Positions 57,810 to 64,000 of a DNA stretch of 64,000 nt are shown piece after piece. Position numbers and translations under genes: made by a program. Source of the DNA: an uncultured Desulfobacteraceae bacterium (GTDB lineage: Bacteria; Desulfobacterota; Syntrophobacteria; BM002). The notes below the pieces were generated by a model. The model saw nothing but the letters and a program-made list of their open reading frames with translations. It made no database searches and was not told where the DNA came from. Location of the stretch: the NCBI GenBank assembly GCA_964346905.1, contig CAYFXH010000001.1:1280-65279 (forward strand), in the 5' to 3' direction. The stretch's first letter is position 1. Each line of letters starts with the position of its first letter.

Positions 57810-58549
57810 TGCTCCCCCCAGAAAGGCTGGCCCCACACGATGAGGTCCTGCCCAAATGCAGCGTAGCGCACCTTGGATAACCGAGGCAAAAGGGCAGGCT
57901 CACGGCTCAGGCGGGAGAAGGCACGCACCCCGCCGACTATCAGGGGGGCAATGGTGATGATCACTTGGTCCACAAGGCGAGCCGTGATGAAGCTCGTCAA
58001 CACCCGGCCGCCGCCCTCAACCATGAGGCTGTTGATACCCATCTGCCCAAGTTTGTTTAACAACGGCTCTAGGGTAACCCACCCTCGCTCGTTTTTCGGA
58101 AAACGAAAGATCTGGGCTCCTTTGGTCTCCAGCTTCTGTTGCCGCGAGTCCTTGGCCTCCCGGCTGGTGGCGATCCAAACTCGTCTGCTGTTCTGGTTCA
58201 GCAGTTTACTGCTGAGAGGTGTACGTAGCTTGCTGTCAAGCACTACCGGCTGTGGATTCTCACCAGGGACGAGTCGCACGGTAAGCGCGGGGTTATCCGC
58301 CAATACAGTGCGGATGCCCACCAGAATGGAGTCGTGGAAAGCTCGAAGCTGATGGGTAAATATCATGGATTCCTGGCCACTGAGAGGTAGAGGGCTCATG
58401 GGATTACAGGCGATGGAGCCATCCACACTCTGAGCGTAAGAGAGGGTACAGAAGGGACGTCCTTGGCGGTATCGGTGCTCAGCCGCTCGCTCCAGCCTAG
58501 CCTTGATATCACTCAAAAAGGTTTCAGACCTCTCCACTGACATGGGCAA
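57806..58549 (-). CDS. RibD C-terminal domain / dihydrofolate-reductase-like reductase
   Basis: 247 aa; TLSYAQSVDGSIA N-terminal signature and EGGGRVLTSF near the C-terminus typical of RibD-C/YwjB family. Confidence 0.65.
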   Translation of the reverse strand: MPMSVERSETFLSDIKARLERAAEHRYRQGRPFCTLSYAQSVDGSIACNPMSPLPLSGQESMIFTHQLRAFHDSILVGIRTVLADNPALTVRLVPGENPQPVVLDSKLRTPLSSKLLNQNSRRVWIATSREAKDSRQQKLETKGAQIFRFPKNERGWVTLEPLLNKLGQMGINSLMVEGGGRVLTSFITARLVDQVIITIAPLIVGGVRAFSRLSREPALLPRLSKVRYAAFGQDLIVWGQPFWGEQ

Positions 58550-58700
58550 AACCCCGGGGTCAACCTGGCGGTTTGCTGCCAGGCGTGATCAGCCGTGATT
58601 CTTCGAATACCTGATATTTTCCCTTGCCAGATCGATTCCATGAGAGCGATTGCTGGCGACAACACTTCATTAATTCAGAAAAACAACCACAGTGTCAAGT

Positions 58701-60401
58701 TTATTTGAGGCTCGAAGGGACCGAGACACCGGCCACATCCTTTGCCGCTTCTTTTCTGGGTGGTGTGCTGAAGTCTTCAAGGAAAGCATAGAGGAAGGTT
58801 TCCATGCCCAGGTGCGGCGGCGGCTGCTTTGGAATCAGTCCGGGCGTAAAGCCGCGTGCCGCGAAAGGCTTCAGCAAATCTCGGTTCCGGCTGATGACAT
58901 GAATAGGTACTGACCAAGGCCGGTTTTCGCCCGTAATTTGGACGTTAGGCTGATGGTCGCCCAGGATGATGATGAGACCGTCTTCTTGGATGTACTGTTC
59001 AAGATAACCTCCGAGAACTTGAAACTCGTAGTTGATGGAGGCCATAAAAGCCTCGCCGGCATTACTCAGGTCAGGCCAGACAATGGGATAGGTGATGGTT
59101 TCCTTCTCGTGGTAAATGGCGCCGTCACCTATCTGCGACCAGTCCTCCAGGTAGGGTGGTTGCAGGTGAAACGGTGCGTGGCTGGTTATCAGCACGTATT
59201 CGATAAACAACGGTTGGCTATGGTTTCGAATTTCATGGCGATGGATGTAGTCAAGCACGTACTGATCGGGCATGGGTGACCAGCCGTAACGCGGTCCTTT
59301 ATAATCGAAATTCCAGGCGTAGTATTTTTTCTTGTAGCCAAAGAAGGAGCCCTCAGGCCAGGGCCAGGTGGTACCAGGCATGGCCGAAATGGTTCTGTAG
59401 CCAGCCTCATTGAAGTAGAGGGCAATGGTCTTGAAATTTGAGGTTACCAGCAGATTGTATAGCAGTTGGCTATCCAGATTCACTCCGCTGGCAAGGGTGG
59501 CGTGCGCTAACCAGGAAGATCCACCATACGTTGGCGAGGTCAGGAAATTAGAGTAAACCGCGAAACCCTTGGCCCCCAGGCTCTTTTCCAACTCTTCAAA
59601 ACCGGTTGCAATCATAGAAAAATGGTTGGAATCAGCAAATACTGTGTATCCGTATGATTCAACGAAAATCAGGTGGACATTTGCCCCGTGGAGCCTGTCC
59701 AGGGAAGCCGGGGTGTCCTTGGCTTTGGCCGCAGCTACCCTCAGCGCCTCCAGGTACTCCGTCCTATAACCCTGAACGTGCAAGATGAAGTCCACCTCTT
59801 CAACAACTCGGTGAAAGAAACCCTTGGCAAATATGGTTACCCGATCATTTGGACGATTGTGGAACAGGGAAAGTGATGCGAGCACAGCGACGAGTCCAAG
59901 AAAAATGTACCGCTGGCTTGCAAGTCTAAAATAGCAATGGACTGTCTTAAGAGACCGCCAAATACCCCAACTTGCCGCTGCCAAAATGGTTATGGCCAGA
60001 CCACCATAAGCAATCACCGCTTCAAGCGAGAGGGTGTGGTAAAGAAGATGCACCAGGTCAGGCACATACCGCGAGTCTATATATACATTGAAAGTACGAT
60101 TGAAATACATCGGCACGAGCACGTCACCCGTGCGAAAAAACCGAAAGAAGAGCAAGAGTACCGTGAGAGCGAGGTACACCGCGCGATGAAACTCCATGCC
60201 CAACCCCACTGCTATGCACAGGGCCGAGAGAAGCACAGCGATTTCCGGCGAAGGAAGTAACGGAGCCAAAAGATTCGGCTCTTTGGCAGGAAAGTTCAGA
60301 TTGAGTAAAGCATTGAGGAATGCCCAGGCGAGCACAAAACCCATGGTAGGCTTCAGCATCTGAGCGTAAGCTCTGACGCCATCAGGCAAAGGAGACTGCA
60401 T
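58701..60401 (-). CDS. Membrane-anchored alkaline-phosphatase-superfamily enzyme (LtaS/sulfatase-like phospho-transferase/hydrolase)
   Basis: 566 aa; ~5 N-terminal TM helices then soluble domain with HLIFVESYGYT metal-site-like segment; assignment by architecture. Confidence 0.5.
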   Translation of the reverse strand: MQSPLPDGVRAYAQMLKPTMGFVLAWAFLNALLNLNFPAKEPNLLAPLLPSPEIAVLLSALCIAVGLGMEFHRAVYLALTVLLLFFRFFRTGDVLVPMYFNRTFNVYIDSRYVPDLVHLLYHTLSLEAVIAYGGLAITILAAASWGIWRSLKTVHCYFRLASQRYIFLGLVAVLASLSLFHNRPNDRVTIFAKGFFHRVVEEVDFILHVQGYRTEYLEALRVAAAKAKDTPASLDRLHGANVHLIFVESYGYTVFADSNHFSMIATGFEELEKSLGAKGFAVYSNFLTSPTYGGSSWLAHATLASGVNLDSQLLYNLLVTSNFKTIALYFNEAGYRTISAMPGTTWPWPEGSFFGYKKKYYAWNFDYKGPRYGWSPMPDQYVLDYIHRHEIRNHSQPLFIEYVLITSHAPFHLQPPYLEDWSQIGDGAIYHEKETITYPIVWPDLSNAGEAFMASINYEFQVLGGYLEQYIQEDGLIIILGDHQPNVQITGENRPWSVPIHVISRNRDLLKPFAARGFTPGLIPKQPPPHLGMETFLYAFLEDFSTPPRKEAAKDVAGVSVPSSLK

Positions 60402-61041
60402 CTGTAGCTCCTCGGCAAAGCACTTCTAAGCTCCGGATAGAGACGGTGATGGAGATCTTAGGCATAGATTGTATCCTGGGGTGGCGGGGTTGGCTAAGGT
60501 CACATTCTGGCTCCATACGTGATAGTTAACCTCGCGGGTATCTTCTGAAACAGCAAACCTTGAAACATTCCTGCCACCTGCTGGTCTAAACCTAATCATT
60601 ATCATTGTTAAGCAGTATTTGCTTGATGTGCAATACCCTAGAGGGCATACGTTTCTTGGCCTAGCCAATGCTACCGGCCTCGTTTAGGAATGATGGTTAC
60701 CATCACCTTTACCCTGATCCTTGTGTTTTTAGAACGCTGGCAGCGGTCTTTATCGGAGCAAGGTAATGGCATGAAGTCTGTCTTTCCTGCTTGACATCCT
60801 CATTCCAGCTTTGCTATTCTTACCATTCTTTCAAAACTATCCTAATCATTCTAATTGTTTACAATTTAGTCGACCTCAAGATTAACTTAACTGCCCAACA
60901 ACGTGAGAGACATTTGTCTTTGTCGCGGGTGAGCATCTTGCCTTTCGGGGCAACATTGGATATTTTTATATGCCTTTCTATTTTATGGACCTATGATGTT
61001 CACTCCCATTCTAGTAATCAATACAGGGAGTATCTTATAAA

Positions 61042-63981
61042 GTGGACCGGAGAACCTTCCTGAAGATTGCCGGTGTAGGAAGTCTTTCGTTTGCCGCCAG
61101 CTGTACCTCTCAGCCTGCCAGAACCCTGTATTCTTTTGTCCAGGCGCCGGATGACATGGTAATCGGCCAGCCGACCTGGTACGCCTCCACCTGCAGAGAG
61201 TGTCCGGCCGGCTGTGGAGTCTTGGCCAAAAACAGAGAGGGTAGGATCATCAAGGTTGAAGGTAATCCCCTTCACCCCATCAACCGGGGGACACTGTGCA
61301 TACGGGGTCAGGCCGCCCTCCAAGGTATATACAACCCGGACAGGATCAAGACACCTCTGTTGAGGGAGGGCGACGTCTACCGTCCATTAACCTATCCGGA
61401 GGCGGAAGCCCTTCTTACCACCAAGGCTAATACTGCAGCGAAAAATGGTCGGGATAGGGTTCGAATGCTTACAGAGGTTGTGGGTAAGAGCCTCATAGGC
61501 CTCATGAAGGAATCTTCGGCTAAGTGGCATTCTAAAGAACCTCTGGTTTTTGAGCCCTTTGGTTATGAGTCTTTAAAGACAGCAAATGAGAAAGTATTTG
61601 GGCTTGATGTGTTACCTTCCTACAGGATGGAACAGGCCGACCTCTTGATCTCTTTCGGGGCGGACTTCTTGGAAACCTGGCTCTCCCCGGTGGAATACGG
61701 TTGGAAATTCAAAGAGATGCACGCGCTCAAAGGGCAAAATAAGGGTCTCTTCTTCCATATCAGCCCCTACATGTCCATGACCGGCGCAAATGCAGATCTC
61801 TGGCTCTCTTGCAATCCTGACACCGAATATGCTGTCGCCCTGGGCCTCTTACGGGAAAGTGTGCGGAGTGGCAAAGGCAGGGCTCTTCCCAAAAAAATTC
61901 GGGATGCTATTGAGAGAGTCGCCTCCCCCTACACCAGTGATAAAGTCGCGGAGCTATCAGGGCTGTCAGCTGAACACTTCCATAAGCTTGCCACCCACCT
62001 CAAGAGTGCACAGAAACCTCTCATCCTCGGTACCACCACCGGTGCAACCGGAACTCATACCTTACAGGCCAACATAGCTGCCAACCTCTTAAACCTGGTT
62101 TTCGATCCTGCTTTGACTCTTTTTGACTTCATCAATAGACACCGGGTGGAAGAGGCGGCGAGAAGATCAGAGGTTCTCGACTTCTTCAGCCAGCTGGAAA
62201 CTGATTCGGTGGAACTCCTGCTTCTCAACAACGTGAACCCATCCTTTGCCCTGCCTCCAGAAAGCAAAGTTAGGGAGTCCCTGAAAAGGGATTCTCTCTT
62301 TGTTGTGAGTTTTAGCAATTTCATTGATGAAACCACCGAACTGGCTGATCTCATTCTGCCGGTACAGCTCCCTCTGGAAACCTGGGACGAATATAGTGGA
62401 AAAACCGGATTCGTCTCCACCATACAACCCACCATGGGAAGTCTGACCGGAGCACCGAACCTTGGGGACGTCCTGCTTCGCGCTTCTTTCGGTGAAAAGC
62501 GGCCTTACAAGAATTTCCAGGCCTACCTGTTTGCTCAACTCACGTTCAGCCGTGTCATCCGGGAGAAGCAAGATTGGCTCCAGGCCTTGCAGAACGGGGG
62601 AAATTTTAAAGTTAGTTCTAAGAAGCGCTCAACCCCAGTGACTTTATCAGATAGATTTGAGTCCGGTTTTACCGCTCCTTACCCTCCCAGGGCGACCGAA
62701 CTCGTTCTGTTTGCCGCCCCTTCTATTCGCTTCTTTGACGGCAGGGGGGCAAACAAATCCTGGCTTTGTGAGATTCCCGACCCATTAACCAAGATTACCT
62801 GGCAGACCCCGGTGCTGGTGCACCCTGAAACCCTCGCCACTAGAGGTTTGCGCCAGGGGGACATTGTCAAGATCCAATCCAGGTGGGGCGAACTGGAGGC
62901 ACCTGTCTATGAAACAGCAGGGGTGAGGTCTGGTGTTGCAGTCATGCCAATCGGCCAGGGCCATACCGGTTACGGGCGTTATGCCAGCGACACCGGACTC
63001 AACCCTATTACCATCCTCCCGCCAGAATTGGAACCGGATTCTGGCGCCCCCTATTTTACGACGGGACCCATCGCCCTCGAAAAAACGGGTCGGTCCATGA
63101 AGCTGGCCCACACAGACGGTAGCCGAATCCAACACGGGAGAAAGATTGCCCTATCAGTTAGTTTGAACGAGCTTGGCCAAGAGCAACCGCACAAACGGCA
63201 GGGGCTGGGCATGTGGGAGTTTCCCTTCACCCTACCGCTACCTGAGGGCTATGACCGTAGAAGGGATATTTATCCTCCTCATGATCACAAGGATTATCGC
63301 TGGGCTATGGTGGTTGATATGGACAGGTGCATCGGTTGCGCAGCCTGCGCCGCCGCCTGTTATGCGGAAAACAACGTGGGCGTGGTGGGAGTGAAGAGGG
63401 TGCTTGAAGGTAGGGAAATGGCATGGCTTCAGATCCAACGTTACGAGGATGAAGCTAATCCCGAAAAAATCACTTTCCTCCCCATGCTCTGCCAGCACTG
63501 TGACAACGCCCCGTGCGAATCGGTTTGCCCGGTCTATGCTCCTTATCATACCCAGGAGGGCTTGAACGCCCAGATTTACAACCGCTGCGTGGGAACTCGC
63601 TTTTGCTCCCAGGACTGTACCTACAAGGTGCGACGCTTCAACTGGTTTGACTATGAATGGCCCAAGCCCCTTGACTTGCAACTGAACCCGGATGTTACCG
63701 TGCGCAGCAAGGGGGTTATGGAAAAGTGCTCCTTCTGTCACCAGCGGATCAAGGATGCCAATGATAAGGCCAAAAACGAGGGAAGAAAGATTCTGGACGG
63801 CGAGGTTCAACCCGCCTGCTTGCAGACCTGCCCCACCGGGGTGTTCACCTTCGGCAATCTGATGGATAAAGAGAGCAAGGTCTGGAAAAAAGTCCACGAC
63901 CAGCGAGCTTACCAGGTAATGGGATACCTGAACACCAAACCTGCAGTGATCTACCTGAAGAAAGTTGTCCAGGAGATATGA
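61042..63981 (+). CDS. Tat-exported molybdopterin-oxidoreductase-like domain fused to a 4Fe-4S (NrfC/PsrB-type) domain; ActB-like subunit of an alternative-complex-III-type or related quinone-interacting complex
   Basis: 979 aa; twin-arginine signal RRTFLKIAGVGSL; N-terminal CRECPAGCGV cluster; C-terminal CIGCAACAAAC, CQHCDNAPCESVCP, CSFCHQRIK ferredoxin motifs; GTG start. Confidence 0.6.
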   Translation: MDRRTFLKIAGVGSLSFAASCTSQPARTLYSFVQAPDDMVIGQPTWYASTCRECPAGCGVLAKNREGRIIKVEGNPLHPINRGTLCIRGQAALQGIYNPDRIKTPLLREGDVYRPLTYPEAEALLTTKANTAAKNGRDRVRMLTEVVGKSLIGLMKESSAKWHSKEPLVFEPFGYESLKTANEKVFGLDVLPSYRMEQADLLISFGADFLETWLSPVEYGWKFKEMHALKGQNKGLFFHISPYMSMTGANADLWLSCNPDTEYAVALGLLRESVRSGKGRALPKKIRDAIERVASPYTSDKVAELSGLSAEHFHKLATHLKSAQKPLILGTTTGATGTHTLQANIAANLLNLVFDPALTLFDFINRHRVEEAARRSEVLDFFSQLETDSVELLLLNNVNPSFALPPESKVRESLKRDSLFVVSFSNFIDETTELADLILPVQLPLETWDEYSGKTGFVSTIQPTMGSLTGAPNLGDVLLRASFGEKRPYKNFQAYLFAQLTFSRVIREKQDWLQALQNGGNFKVSSKKRSTPVTLSDRFESGFTAPYPPRATELVLFAAPSIRFFDGRGANKSWLCEIPDPLTKITWQTPVLVHPETLATRGLRQGDIVKIQSRWGELEAPVYETAGVRSGVAVMPIGQGHTGYGRYASDTGLNPITILPPELEPDSGAPYFTTGPIALEKTGRSMKLAHTDGSRIQHGRKIALSVSLNELGQEQPHKRQGLGMWEFPFTLPLPEGYDRRRDIYPPHDHKDYRWAMVVDMDRCIGCAACAAACYAENNVGVVGVKRVLEGREMAWLQIQRYEDEANPEKITFLPMLCQHCDNAPCESVCPVYAPYHTQEGLNAQIYNRCVGTRFCSQDCTYKVRRFNWFDYEWPKPLDLQLNPDVTVRSKGVMEKCSFCHQRIKDANDKAKNEGRKILDGEVQPACLQTCPTGVFTFGNLMDKESKVWKKVHDQRAYQVMGYLNTKPAVIYLKKVVQEI

Positions 63982-64000
63982 GCGAGACGCCTGAACTGAC

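Noticed and set aside
61455-61475. tRNA T-loop-like GGTTCGAAT string
   Set aside because: Inside the ActB-like coding sequence with no acceptor-stem or anticodon-arm complementarity around it.

Overview
This 64-kb window is mostly core energy metabolism, with one clearly unusual biosynthetic operon and a striking load of intergenic repeats. All calls below come from reading the sequence and ORF translations by eye; no searches were run. Manual coordinates for repeats and alternative starts may be off by 1-2 nt from the ORF-track numbering.

Main content, in order along the window:
- An almost complete minus-strand respiratory complex I operon, nuoA, fused nuoBCD, nuoE, F, G, H, I, J, K and nuoN (4081-16788). 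nuoL and nuoM are absent from it. Its intercistronic spacers are unusually long.
- A 2-oxoglutarate dehydrogenase cluster, sucA, sucB and lpdA (18320-24339).
- A Ni/Co ECF uptake system, a DUF4198 periplasmic component followed by CbiM, a CbiN-like protein, CbiQ and CbiO. It is preceded by a DMT transporter with a His-rich tail (45479-50482).
- A block of signalling and small-molecule enzymes: two cNMP-binding proteins (one fused to GAF), a LOV-like PAS protein, an APH-like kinase, and HAD, MBL, NUDIX and two SRPBCC proteins.
- A minus-strand operon of unclear product: an LtaS/sulfatase-like membrane enzyme, a RibD-C-like reductase, an MDR dehydrogenase, a PTPS-like protein, a GT4 and a methyltransferase (54291-60401).
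- A Tat-exported molybdopterin-like/FeS fusion resembling the ActB subunit of alternative complex III (61042-63981).

The most interesting locus is a co-directional minus-strand operon at 38500-43334. It looks like mycothiol/bacillithiol biosynthesis: an MshA/BshA-like GT4, an LmbE-type deacetylase and a FemAB/CelD-like tandem-GNAT acyltransferase. The Cys-adding step, however, is taken by an unusual fusion of a cyanophycinase/S51-like domain to the C-terminal tRNA-binding region of cysteinyl-tRNA synthetase. That fusion has no synthetase catalytic core. A decayed Gfo/Idh/MocA gene lies between them. I suggest a tRNA-dependent route to a new glucosamine conjugate or thiol.

The second notable feature is that intergenic DNA throughout the window is filled with phased 7-nt tandem arrays. 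These are often arranged as inverted pairs that form long hairpins. One such pair flanks a four-helix-bundle (rRNA-IVS-type) gene inserted inside the nuo operon. Two ~150-nt copies of a hairpin-rich element sit between nuo genes. A recurring GGTGGGCGATGCCCACC palindrome acts as a terminator-like element. No transposase, integrase, CRISPR array, tRNA or rRNA was seen.
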